From: Orbicella franksi
Taxonomy: Eukaryota
Assembly: GCA_964199315.1 (NCBI GenBank)
Contig: OZ116712.1
Location: 18,042,001 to 18,106,000, forward strand
Length of the DNA: 64,000 nucleotides
Direction: 5' to 3'
Both the position numbers and the translations under genes were made by a program. The first letter of the stretch is position 1; each line of letters starts with the position of its first letter. The notes below the pieces were generated by a model. It was not told the DNA's origin. It made no database searches and worked only from the letters and a program-made list of their open reading frames with translations. Positions 1 through 12,500 of this stretch are shown here, in pieces.

Positions 1-23
1 ATCAATAAAACCATAAATCAGTT

Positions 24-55
<32 letters not shown>

Positions 56-130
56 GATTGATCGATCGATCGATCAGTCAGTCAGTCAATTGGCCAGTCT
101 GTTGGTTGGCCAGTCAGTCAGTCAAACTGA
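1..130. repeat. Compound tetranucleotide microsatellite (ATCA/ATCG/GTCA)n
   Basis: Runs of atca, atcg and gtca units read directly from the sequence. Confidence 0.8.
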
Positions 131-518
131 CAGTTTTTAGGCGATTTTAGGTGCAAGTAAGAAACAAAATTCGATTCCAAAGCAGGATGCCATGGGTTTC
201 CTGACAGAGGAGATGCCGTGAATCTGAAGTTAATAGGCTGGGATAATAGAAGATATCATGGTTGTCCTATCAAGGGAGGTCAGTGGAACAAGGTCCCAGT
301 TCTTGTGGTCATAAAGGTGGACACCATAGGAAATCCCTGTCAAGAAAGGGGAGGAAACTATAGAGAGGAACTCACAATGGTGCCAATTATTCTGGTGGGT
401 ATGACAAGCATAGATTTCCCAAAGAGAGTTTAACATTAGAAGTCATTGAAATGGTAAAGTGGTACAATTCTGTGCTTACAAAACTTTAAAATAATCATTA
501 TTGGATTCTAATAGTTAC

Positions 519-3500
519 CATTTCTGGTCTATGAGCTCCAGGTCCTGGTTTCAAGGTTCTATCGCCAGGTGCGTAGTTACGAGCATTCATTGAAAAGATG
601 GGCTTCCTATCTTTGTAGATATTCGGGTCAATCACTTTATATGTGCCTGGTCCCGGGGTCTGTAGAGAAATGGGAAAATTCACGTTCATCACTAGGAGTA
701 AAAAGATTGAAACGCCATGACAGCAGGATCAGTGTTAGAAGTTAAAGGAGCTGTGCCACAGTTTGTGCATCTTGAAAAATTTAGCCTACATTTTTCAAGT
801 TCATTGCTTGTAATCTGTGTCAATCTTCTCCTTCATTAACCATCCTTGTTTCTTTATGGTTTATAATTGTTACTTCTTTAGTGTTTTTCTATCTTAGCAA
901 ATTATTATTGTCAGATTTCCTTCAATTTAAAGGTAATTTTGCATATGGCCAAAATAACTCGCAATACCGTCACTGTACTCCTTTACGTGGCAAATGAAAC
1001 AGAGCTTCTCCACACTTTATCAGATCTTCTAAACAGCTCACCATTACCCCTTAACATTTCCAGGTATAATAAGAGTTGGGAACAAAAAACACAGTGAGCT
1101 CAGTCAACGCACAAGTCAACTTCTGTATATGGGGTTCAGGGCCACCTTAAGTTTTCGAGAATTTAAAGTGGTACTGACCCCATGTACGTATATTTTTTTA
1201 ATTTTGCCTATGTTACATCTTATCCTGCTAATCAAAATTCCATAATAAAAACCTGGGGGTCACCAATCTCGTTTTAGAGTTAATTTACGTTAAAGTTAAA
1301 ATAATGGTGTCTTTAGTTAGTAGGTCATAGCGCTGCTATGGTAGCCTATTGTGCCACAAAATTGATAACAACACATTTGTCAATGATTGGGCAGTTTGTT
1401 GATACCATGATTGCAGCATCAACTGATAAAGAGTGCTTATAATGACTCATCGAAATCTAAGTTTTGGAAACTACTGAAAATTGATGCCAGCCACCTTAAG
1501 CTCCCTATTAGTAATTTGTCTCCAGACAAGAGATTTTTATGTTTTATCTTCAAATTTTGCAGTATTATCTAGACCTTTGTACCTGGCAGTACACAAACCT
1601 TTTGCAAATCCTCATGAAAACTTCCAATCTTTGATCTACTTGTCATGGAGAAAGCAGCTGAGGACTTCTTTCCCACAGACTTGGGGCCAAGAATCACAGG
1701 CATGTTGTAGTTATTTGGAGCTGGATTGTTGTCGTTTTTGCCGTAGGGTGTGCGCAGTCCAAATGAATAATGTGGAGGAAAGGGATGCTTCTGAACAGGA
1801 TTCTTCTCAGCTTGATAATCCCCTTTGAGAAAGTACAACAAATCACAACAAAGTTACTGTGAAACTCAGAAAACTATGAACACCAGGAATACCTATGGAA
1901 TGTTATTGTGTAGCAAGGAAAAAAGCCAATTAGGTAGATGTGGGAAACCAAACCGCAAACAGTAGTGGTAATAAGCCATTTCCAAGTTGGTATTTTCTTT
2001 CTGTTTCAAAACGAGTTCTGGAAATGAGTTTGATTTACGAGACAATGAACGTGAAAGAAAATCTCATTTCAAAAATGAAAGGTTTGTACCAAGACTCATT
2101 TTGAAAGAGGTAAAAGTAACTTGGAAATGGCCCATTAGTTTGTGGTTTTGGGGTTTCTTCGAGTGTCCTGCCAAAATCAAATCAAAGTGTTCATAATTTT
2201 TTGAGTTTCACAGCAATACATGTACAACCCTGTCAGTAGAGTCTTCTTCGATCTTCCTAGAAAAATGGGTAAGAGGAAGGAGACTCTATGAGCATCCTTG
2301 CAATGCTTTGATTTGCCCCTCATCCAAGACAAATGACATGTCAGCCAGTTTTGAGCTGGTCAAATTGGTTTTCTACTGCTGTGCATGATCACTTGCAGCT
2401 ATTGCTGACTACTCCCACACTACGTTGCTAAAAGTTAATCAACAAATTGGCAACTGCTTTGCTTTCATACAAAGTCTCTGAAAAAGATTTTTTGGGAAGA
2501 TCGAAGGAGACTCTGTTTGCAGGGTACACATATGCTAAAATGACCCACAAAAATTTAGAAAAACAAATTAGAGCCTAAGATGCGGTTCAAAATATAAAGA
2601 TGAAGATGATGATCACAGTTCCAGAACTTGAGACTCCAGGCTCCATGAATCAACAGTAAAGCTTTCCATTCAACCAAAAATTCCTGAACTTTCAAAATGG
2701 AATGGTACATAAATTTCCTGGGAAAGTTATTGGCAAACCCACAAATTGCAGAATTTCCAAAATTCACACCATTCAATTGAAAATTCTGGACAGAAAATTA
2801 AATGGAACAGTCAAACCCCTATTAAACAGCCACCCTATTAGATGACGAGTAATTAAAGTCCCTATCAAGGCTTTTCTATTGTTTTTACCTCTGTTAAATG
2901 GCCAACCCCATTTAAAGCAGCCACTATCTATTTCCCTGAGGGTGGCCGTTTAATAGGAGTTGAAAAGTAAAAAAAAAATATCCCACAGTTTGGAGTTGTC
3001 TTCTTTTCCGTACAATCCAGAAAATGTGTATTTGCCAGTTTTCCAGAAATTCAAACCGGAATGTTTCATTGAATTTAAAGTGCAGAACATTTCTATCTGG
3101 GAAACCTTGGCTGTGCAGCTCTACTGCAAAAGGATACAATTTCCATACCCATGAAGAGTCTGAAAATTGTATGCATAATTAAGTATTCAATAATTAATAT
3201 GCCCAAAAATGGCAGGAACATTTGTTTCTCAAAGGCAAGAAAGTTATTACTAAACATAAGGAAAAACCTTATTTACATTTTGTAAATGAAATATCTGACC
3301 AAAACGTGCAAACACCTTGCCATAAAGAAGGATTTGGTCCAAAACTTTGGGCCAAATAAGAGAACAAACACGTGAATTTTCCCAAAAATATTTGGTATTT
3401 GGTTTCGTTTTGCAATCTGATTAGCTCCTGGTTGTTCTAAATGTTTCGCACCGTTCGAGTTCGCATCCAACTTCTCGATTTCTCATCGACCCAAGCAATA

Positions 3501-4219
3501 GCATTTATTCTCGTATTTGATTTGAGTCTTAAGATTAGTAATAGTAAAGCTCGAGTCTGGTGGACTATATTACCATCTCTATTGCAAGGCTTATGTCAAA
3601 AGTCAGTCCGCATTTATATGTAACTATTTAGTGCCGCAAACCAGCTTTTTTTTCTTCATCCTCCAGATCGCAGACATTAAGAGAGTTGCTCTTTTCCTAA
3701 CGAAAAAACCTTTCATTAGGTTCTGCCTGCGTTCATTTCAGGATATCTCCTTGAGAACTTTGCGTCACACGTTTCGCGTAGAATCACTCACGTGGCGTTT
3801 CCAAGGACGCGCCAATCCACGAATTTAGCAAGTGAAAATAAACTTTGCTATTGTGCGAACTTTAATCACACCACATGAGCCATGGCGCTTACAATAAACT
3901 ACATTCTCTTTTAAATAGATATAAACTTACATGGAGCTGGCGTCTGAAATTTTCCTTGTGAGTTTGTGCGAGATTTGAGAGTATATTTCGGAGTGCCTTC
4001 GGGTCCGAAGCGTGTCACATCTGTAATCCTATACTTCGGTCCTGGCCCCAGCGATTGCTGATTTTTCCACGTTCGAGAGCCAAAACTGTAAGCTGCCTTC
4101 TTGTGTTTTGTGTAGTCGTGTCCAATGTAGCCTGTTGATCCTGGTAGTTGGTAAGCCGCCGGCCCTGGTCCACGGAACATCGCTCCGATCATGGGACGTC
4201 TTCTCTCATCCTCCGCCAT
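519..4219 (-). CDS. ODF3: ODF3/CIMAP1-like SHIPPO-repeat axonemal protein, exons 1-3; 3' end lies outside the window
   Basis: Exons 4219-3931, 1822-1599 and 659-519 have GT/AG boundaries and compatible phases (1, 0, 0). They give 218 aa starting MAEDERRRPMIGAMFRGPGPAAY, with repeated PGP/PAP-x-x-Y units followed by YSFG/FSM motifs, typical of the ODF3/SHIPPO family. No terminal exon was found in 1-518. Confidence 0.85.
746..982. mobile_element. Non-autonomous DNA element with AGGAG...CTCCT termini in TTAA-like flanks (Kolobok/piggyBac-like)
   Basis: ttaa-aggagctgtgccac at 742-760; cgtcactgtactcct-ttac at 968-986. Imperfect TIRs. Confidence 0.45.
2227..2525. mobile_element. MITE with ~35-bp TIRs and apparent 3-bp TSD (ACA)
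   Basis: accctg...agagtcttcttcgatcttcc on the left matches the reverse complement of ggaagatcgaaggagactctgtttgcagggt on the right; aca flanks both ends. Confidence 0.65.
2808..2968. mobile_element. Short Tc1/mariner-like MITE (CAGT terminus)
   Basis: cagtcaaacccctattaaacagccacc versus ggtggccgtttaataggagttgaaaag, an imperfect inverted pair. Confidence 0.5.
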
Positions 4220-5622
4220 GACGACAGAAGTTTGTTGAACTATTTTACAGAAAAGCGCGTTCCGAACTTCGTCTTTGCCTCTCCAAAACTTTGTTAAATT
4301 CAACGTTGTTTAGAGATGAGCCTGATTTTCTTAAAATTTGCTGGATAAAGCGTCGACCAACGCAGAAACTGTGGCGAATCTTAACCGTAAACACAAGGCC
4401 TTCTTGATCTCCAAGGAATGGAACGATGGAATATGACACTTGTCTGTCTATTGCTGTCACGCACGGACGAATCAATCAACTCTAATGGGATTAATTATTC
4501 ATACACCATAATTTGGACCAATAGGCTGCGCGCGGATAAATTTTGGCGCCCCCAATTGAGAATCCGCCGGGACGACCACTTTGTTAATGACACAAAATCA
4601 TAAAACGACAATACATTGTTTGACAACTATATATAGAGCACACTTTGCGATCGACAATCCCACTCTTTGACTTCCTCCAAGGAAAATCTAAATTTCTATA
4701 ATTGAAAATAATACTTTCACCCTACTTTATAACATTCCACAAAAGAAAATTCTTAACGGGAAGACTAACAATTAAAATGCTGCAGAGTTAAATTTCCAAA
4801 TTATGGAGATTTCAATGTCCTCTTGATCTTCAGTGTTTACTTCTTAGTCAAATAGAAATCAATATATAGGTCTATATACTCAAATAAAAATATTAAATGT
4901 GTCCGTTTCTTAACTGTTTGAAGAATGGTTTCTTTTTATAGTTATAAACCACTCATTTCTCAAAAGAGGAATGCTGGAGCTGGAGAAAATGGAAATAATT
5001 ACTAGTGTAAGAAACCTGGTAAAATTTGTCCCCCGACTTTGAATGGCCTCACCTCTAAACTAATAAATCTGCAAAAAAATGACTTTTGCGTCCATATTGT
5101 AATCTTTCTCCTCAAATGCATTAACAATCCATCAAGTTTAAACAAAGTAAATACTAACTGTGACAGATTGGATATGTAATTTTAATTACATAGATTTTTA
5201 TGATTTCATTCTTGAATTTTCTCCTTGGTTTTAGTTTCAATTTGAGAAGATGTATCCACATTTGAGACAGTGTTGTAGCACATTTCCAAACAACTTCAAT
5301 TTCATCATAAATATTACACTGCCCATCATCTTTTCAACTCCCTTCTCAACATTTGGAAATGTGGTAAAACATGATCTCATTACTTCAAACTGATGCAAAA
5401 ATTGAAACACCATCAAAAAACTTTCACCTGTTTTTCTCACAGTATATTGCAATTTAATATTGCCACTTTCATGCACACTATACAATAACGAAAAAAGAAA
5501 AAAAAAAACAATTTAATGAGAGAGTGAAAAACATAAAACATTTTTTGTGATCATAATGCAAATAAAAAAGCCAAGGCCATAAGCTGAGAACACTTGTAGT
5601 AGTGTACTTGTAGTTCATCTTA

Positions 5623-6009
5623 GGGCCCGTATGTACAATGTACTGAGCTGACAGAATTTGTTCTCTTCTACCAAAAATCTTGACAAAAGCTGTTTCCTTC
5701 AAATTTTCAAATATTTGATAATTGCGGGTGCACTCGAAACCAGTACAATATTTGTTGACCACAAAGTGTTAATCACATGGCGAGATCAAAGATCAAAGAG
5801 AGATCAAAGAGAGATCAAATTTACTTGACAGTTTTCACTTTTAAAAAAAATTTGTCCTCCTCTTCTGTAAAGCAGGATGCTGGTGCCCTTTAAGTTTGGT
5901 ATGGCTTGACAAAATTTGGTAGGAATAAAATCTCTGTGCGCACGTGTACCACAGAACTGATGACAGCTTTCTTCGAAAAATAAACAAATTTTGCTTTGTG
6001 TATGGGCCC
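5623..6009. mobile_element. PIF/Harbinger (Tourist-like) MITE with TTA TSD
   Basis: tta-GGGCCC at 5620-5628 and GGGCCC-tta at 6004-6012; internally palindromic. Confidence 0.7.
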
Positions 6010-7980
6010 TTAGTTCTTGCCTGCTGCTCATGCATTGTGACATAATAAATTTATTTTTAACATTATAACTTTTTTGTCAAGGGTGTTTTCTGCAAGAGTT
6101 TTGCAAAATTGAATTGATGAAATCTGAGTCTTAATTTAAAAAAATGAGTCTCACCAGTAACACTATAACCTCCACCCTTCCCCTCTACCTTCCTAGATCC
6201 TCCAACCACTTCCTTCCCTCACCCCCCGCCATTGGAAAAAAAAAACTCATTCAAAACAAACTTAAGTTTTATTTACTTGTCAACAGAAATGCTTACAATA
6301 CCAATAGTCTGACAAGAAATCAGCTGTTCATAGATGTTTGGGGTGTCTTTTTGGGCATAAGTTTCCTTTTTTTGCAAAATAACAAAAATAAAACTAGGAT
6401 CTAAGTGTACTCTTGTTTCCATTGTTTTCCATTGCCCACTTTTTGTTAAGAAAAAAAAAAGCATTAAACCTGGTGAAGGCATCATTCACAAGCAGAAAAG
6501 GCAATTTATATTTAATATTGGATTATTCAGCCCTCCATTATTTATTGATTTACTTTTGAATGGAAAAATGTAATGTTTCCATACTGTAGAATCAACTTAT
6601 GGTGAAATTTTATGAAGGGAATAAAAGAAATTATTTTATCTCAGTTACTACAAACACTGTGATTGGTCAATTTAGCAGGCTGTATTCCACTGTATGGCCC
6701 GCTAAAATTTAACACTGTTTTTGTTGCCAAAATGTTTCATGATATGTCTCCAAGTGTTCTTAACTTTTACAGCAATTAAAAGTTTAAAACTTTCTTTTAC
6801 TTTAAATTGTGTATTAAAATGTGAAAACCATTCAACAACGATCTCAAATTGACTCGTTTTGCTTCTGACATGCGTCAGAAATTTGAAGCCATTCTGCGTG
6901 AATAGCAATCGTTCCTGAACCCATCGGATACACAGTAGAGACATAATAAACATCTTACTAACCTCATCTTCTCAGTCCGTACTGTAAGTTACAGATCTTT
7001 GTTTTTTCCTCGTGGATTTATGGCCTAAACAGGAAACACTTGGGCCATAAATCGAAGGGGAAATACTTGGTCCATAACTTACAGTACAGACTGAGAAGAC
7101 CAGGTTAGTACGATGTATTTTAGATTCTAATGGACCTGTTGTATGTTTGAATAAACACGTGATGAAATTGAGACTGAAAAGGAATGAACCATGACACAGA
7201 GTTCTCTGATTTTCAGCCTCAGAGGGGTCTAATGACCTATCTAAGAAGAGAGAGCTCACTGTACTGGTCAAAAGTTATTGTTAACCAGAAAAGCTCTACA
7301 TTGTTTTACATAGCAATAAAATTATGTTAAACATCTTGTAGCTATGCTTCAGTGAGTTTTTGTTGATGATACAAAAAACTATTTAAAAACTTCACTTTCT
7401 ATTACATGTATGAGCAATCAGTGACATTGAAAACCGTATGAGTACATGTAATTGTATGTTATTTTGGATGAGCCAGCTACCCCTAGTTTAATTTATCATA
7501 AGATAATATGTCACCTTGCACGGGAAAACACTTGCTAACTTAATATCAGCTTAACTTAACAAAGGTGAAATTCTTTGCAATGACAAAATTGGGAAGTTAA
7601 CATTTCCAGCTTTGGCCTTTTGTTTACAACATTTGGCTAAAGTTGTGTGGTTTACACTCAGGTAAACACATTTTCCAAGAAAAAAAAGCCAAAAAAAAAC
7701 CCCCTTACAATATAATAGAATCCTATCAACAAACTCAGTAATGCAACCACCTTGTTTTCATAGAAACTTACTCTCAGCCTGAAAAACCTGTGGACAAGCG
7801 CTTTCTTAATGATTACTATCACGTGAAAATAAGTATCAATGGGATTCTACTGTTGCAAATTCCATGATACACTGTACTGTTACCTAAAGCTACATCCTTA
7901 CAAGATTCTAAAACAATTTTTATCCAAAACATTAACAGCTAGCCTATCTACAGAAGTTGGTTATCTTTATAACATTATTC

Positions 7981-8521
7981 TTATCTTCTTCCTGAGTTCA
8001 CTTTTTCCAGGATGTTTAAAAACTTCCCCCTTGTCATTTCCCGGGCTGAAAAAATGATAAAAACAAACATCAGCTATGCCAATGCATATCATAATGTTAT
8101 TACTATAAAATCCTGGTTGTCCCTATTTCAAATACTGAACAACCAAATTTGTAAATTTGATTTCCCTGATGAATCCTTTGTTGTCTGTTACATTAAAGTT
8201 TACTCATTGACATTGAGTTTCAATTTATGATTTATTTAATACAGTTAAATGGCAAATGGTAAACAAGGAATAAAATTGAAAGCCACACAGATAATTCACA
8301 AAGGAGTCTTTTTTGTAACCCGATGTGGAAACAGATTATTGTACTATATGTATTTATAAGTGTATGTAAAAAACAACATAAAGGCTAAATTAAGACAATG
8401 TGACTTACAGATGGCACCTTCTATATTTGTTTACTTTGCAAGGTTACTAATAGGGATGGACCATATTTTTGTTATGACAGGGGGTGGGTTGTTAGGCAAT
8501 TTCCAATTTTTGCCAAAAGAA

Positions 8522-8563
<42 letters not shown>

Positions 8564-11500
8564 TGTCTGTCCCTTAGAAAAACAGGTCACAGGTCATACT
8601 GACTGCCACCCACTTTTGTCAACACTTGTAGAAATTTCTCAGAAGAATTTGATCACTACGATAAATTAGAACAACATCTCCTAGTTTATTGGTTTTTTTA
8701 ATTCTTATCATCTGTCCCAGTCCACTTGACAATTCAGTGATGTTGTAAAGAGAAATAAGCCCTTGATCACTTTTCACTCTTGGGAAAGTACTCTAAGTTA
8801 GCAACTTACCTTCATCCAGGCCAAGCTGAAATGCTAGATTTTGGAGTCCACGAACTTTTTCCATTAGTTGTGATGTAGTAAGACTTCCAAATTCTACAAA
8901 AATTACAAAACAAATTGAAACAAAAAAAAGTGACATAATATGTATTATTATAGCACATCATTAAGTGCTTTGATATTAGTTCTGATTCCGAACAACCCAC
9001 AAGTATCTAACTTCTCCTTACCCATTCGAAAGTAAACCGTGAATCATTCTGTTGTGTTCCTAGGCAATACACATTTTGCTCTTACAATGCCTTTCTCCAC
9101 CCAGGTGTATAAATGGGTACCAGCAGGTAGAGGGTAACCTTGTGGTCGACAAGTATCCCAATTAAGGGAGCAGAAATATTCCTAGTCTCTTCACACAAAG
9201 GATACTAGAGATAAGGACCAGCCTAATGGGCTACTAGGCTTGAATTTAGACCACATCAAGCCAAGAGATATCATTCTATTCCTGAAATCATATCAGAGAC
9301 TGTTACGCGCAAAGATTTCTGAGTTGTACCTTGCAACATGTCCATGTCATCTTTCTCTAGTTCAGCCAACCATTTTGGTGGAGTACTTGATAGAGAAAAG
9401 GGCTGTAATGTTTAACAAAAACAACATTGTTAATATCATGTTCTATGTCCCTACATAATATTATATTGTATATATATCAGTGTTTTGGGTCAATTTTTGC
9501 TCTTTTTAAAATGAACGCAATCAGTTTACTCCCAGCCATTTGTTGGTGACATGTGTAAGTATTATGTCAGCCGACAATTGGTTGGCAGTTAACCCCCAGC
9601 CTAAAATGGGAGCCTTTTTCATAATGACCAAATATTAAACATTTATTTAAATGGATGTAAAAAGTGAAACTAAGAAAAGTGGTAAGTACTTACACTAACA
9701 GCAAGTGAGGCAAAGTCAGACACTCCAGGAACTGTCAAGAGTAAGGTATGAAGTACAATATTTTTAATGTAAAATCATAGAAGGGAATTATATGATCTGG
9801 TAACTAACATGAATGTAGGCAATTAAAAGAATGTAAGAATGTTAGGTACCATACATACTAGGTTGACAAGATCTGTTTGGCTCTGTCAAAAATGTCAACA
9901 AATTTTGTCTCCACCAAATTTGGAATTTTATAATCGCGTACGCACTTGAAAACACCAAAATATTTGATAACCACAAGTTAGTGTCAATCACGTTGAAAGT
10001 ATAGACTCTAAAATGCAAGATGAAATTTACTTGATTGACGTTTTCAGTCAGATAAACGCCTCCAAATTGTAAAATCTGACAGCTTTGACCCTTGACAAAA
10101 ATTTGTCCTGTTCTGAGGCAGGACGATGGTGCCTTTGAAGTTTAGTAGGCTTGACAAAATTCTGGTAAGACAAAAAATCCTGTTCACACTTGTAGAACAC
10201 AACTGATGACAAATATTTTTGCAAAATAAACAAAAATTTGCCTCGTGGGAACAGGCCCTTAGGCTCAATTTCTGCCACTTTCTCAGGTCTCCCTTTTGGG
10301 TGGAAGAGCACGGCTCATTAATTTTCCTGTACGGTGGCTGGTAACCAAGCCTTTAGGAATGCAGGCAGGTGAAATCTGCGTCCTTTTCCAAGATGGTGAA
10401 TGAGGGGATCTGCTTGAGCCATCATAACTATTATATTCTTGTGCTAACTGGTTAGTAGCAAGGTGAAAAGACTTTTTCGATTCAATTTCTTTGCCCTTCT
10501 CTCTTGCCTAAAGCCATAGTCAAATGGACTAGTAAGTAGTCGCAAGTAGCTGCAAGTTAAACTTCCACAGAGACTTGTGTTGGGTAGTACACACAAGTAC
10601 ATACAAGTTGTAGAAAAACCCATTTTGAGGATATGGCCTTACTCCTATGCAGCTGAAATGTAACCATCACAAAAACAAAATGGTAGATATTACAGACATA
10701 CCCAGGGATTGGGAAGGCCATGTGCCACGTGCATATGGCGCATAAAGCTACAAAATGGCGCATTTTGGAAGTACTTGCTGGGCCTGCAATGCACCCTAGC
10801 CATGAAACAGCAAGTAAAGTATATACTATTTTGTGGAAAGGACTTTCATTTCTGAAGTTTTCAGTTTTAGTAATGATGAATAAACGTGAAAAATCACGAT
10901 GCCTTTGCTCTAAATCAACGCTTTAAAAGTGTTCGCTTTGTTTTCGTCCCCAGATCCCTTACTCGTACTATGCTCGGAAATGACGTTTTCGCTCAATCCA
11001 TGTGCTTTCTGTTTTCATTGATAGAATTGGCTGACTTGAATAAGTTTTGCATGCAATAATTAGCCAAATAATATGTCTCCGGAAGCGAAAGTTCCGAAAT
11101 TGGATGTCCAAGACTTGGAGATTGTTGCCGTTTTACAAAATGAATGCCGATTCTACTTGAGGGATGTTGAGTACGAAGATGGCACAGGGGAAGTTTTAGC
11201 ACATATCTTAAATGAAGCCCAGAAAAGGAATATACCTGTTAGAAAGATGATTGGATTTGGTTCTGATGGAGCGAATGTCATGAGTGGAGAAGGAAAAGGC
11301 GTAAATGGGAGGCTGAAGGAACAAAATGTGCACCTGGTATCACTTGTCGAAATTTTTTTTATGGCCCATTTATTTCCCTAATGGCCCAAACTTTTTACAA
11401 ATGGCCCATAACTTTCCACTACGGCAGGCCATAGGCTCAATTGCCTGTTTTGCCTTCCCAATCCCCACATATGATGTATTTCATTGACTCACAGACTGCT

Positions 11501-12184
11501 ATAACAATGAATGGACATCACTCAACTTGCATTGACTTGGGTTGCGTGACCAAACTATGAAAACTTGCGTCTACTTGCGTGCATATTGGATCTCCACCAA
11601 AGTGAGCACAAGTCATCCCAATTCAACGCAAGTGCACCCAAGGCCTGGCCAAACAGAGTCGCAAGTAGACCCAAGTTTTCACCTTGCGTCTACTTGTGAG
11701 TCTGTTTGCCCAGGGCTTAAATTTTAACATTCTCTAAACTACAAACTTTACACCAGAAAAATTACTTATCTCATGTTCAGAGTTTACTTGCTTCCAAGCC
11801 GACCCTGATAAACTTTTACAATTTGGTAAATTAAACCACCTTTATACTGACCAAGGATCATGTTTGTACAGTGCAACTCAAAAATAAGTTGATTATATGC
11901 TTCTGCTCAAGTACACTAGATACTCAAAATAACTTTAATTTATTTTTGCAGACCAAGTGTATAAAATGCAAAAAGCTAAGCATCACCGTAACTCACTTTG
12001 CTCTGGCCACAAATCAGGTGAAGCCCTATCCAGCCGTTCAAAACTTAAAAGACCTTGCAAGCTTTGATCAAGTTCTACAAAGACAAACAGATCAAGATTG
12101 AACATGAGTACAGAAACGAGATATAGAAAAAACACTTGATCTTAGAAATTAAACGTAATAGCGCTTCAAACCTGGTGATTCCAT
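7981..12184 (-). CDS. LIN52: Protein lin-52 homolog (MuvB/DREAM core subunit), 116 aa, 6 coding exons
   Basis: Coding exons 12184-12172, 12074-11997, 9731-9694, 9402-9330, 8893-8810 and 8045-7981, all GT/AG and in phase (351 nt). Translation: MESPELDQSLQGLLSFERLDRASPDLWPEQIPGVSDFASLAVSPFSLSSTPPKWLAELEKDDMDMLQEFGSLTTSQLMEKVRGLQNLAFQLGLDEAREMTRGKFLNILEKVNSGRR, matching recalled LIN52 blocks (LLSFE.LDRASPDLWPEQ; LMEKVRGLQNLA.QLGLDE.REMTRGKFLNIL). A probable 5'UTR exon ends at 12316 (GTGAGT donor). Confidence 0.95.
8522..8563. repeat. (AAT)n microsatellite in the last LIN52 intron
   Basis: About 14 perfect AAT units. Confidence 0.95.
9040..9250 (+). mobile_element. Degenerate 5'-truncated SINE of the same family as 23264-23552
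   Basis: Shares tgtgttcct.ggcaa.acac and tctccacccaggtgtataaatgggtacc with the intact copies. Confidence 0.65.
9880..10258. mobile_element. Second, diverged copy of the 5623-6009 Harbinger-like MITE
   Basis: Shared internal blocks (aaatttacttga, aaaatttgtcct, ggtgcc.tt.aagttt.gta.gcttgacaaaat, aactgatgaca) and an ggccc-tta right end. Confidence 0.55.
11073..11345 (+). pseudogene. Relic of a hAT (ZNF862-like) transposase in the long LIN52 intron
   Basis: EDGTGEVLAHIL...MIGFGSDGANVMSGEGKGVNGRLKEQNVHLVS matches the second catalytic-Asp block (GSDGAxxMxG...GV...L) of that hAT clade; homology stops before the expected HCxxH. Confidence 0.7.
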
Positions 12185-12500
12185 TTCTCTTATTCCTCAC
12201 AATTCAGCTACAAAATAACGATTTGAACTAACAAAACGAGCAACAATTTATCAAAGAATACAAGAGAAAATTCAACTTCTCCGCCTGAGATTGTACGGTC
12301 GTCCCCAGTACTCACGGATGTAGTGTTATCTCCAAATATGGCAACGGCACCTTAGGGACCTCTCACGTGTTCTGAGATAAACGTAGCCGCTGCCCCCTGA
12401 CCCTCCCTCCAAACTCTACATAAGCCCCTTGGCATCTGGTCCCCGTTCTTTTCCACGTTCGAATTTTGGTCACAGACCTCAGAAGATTAGTAAACGAAAA
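12185..12500. promoter_or_regulatory. Bidirectional promoter shared by LIN52 and ALDH6A1
   Basis: Divergent ATGs at 12184 (-) and 12501 (+); locally CpG/GC-rich; E-box CACGTG at 12364-12369. Confidence 0.7.

Noticed and set aside
8360-8602. ORF with a poly-Asn tract
   Set aside because: Translation of an intronic (AAT)n microsatellite.
12075-12106. In-frame ATG in the LIN52 intron giving MFNLDLFVFV-ELDQ...
   Set aside because: It reads through a polypyrimidine tract and AG acceptor; the spliced MESP start fits the orthologues better.
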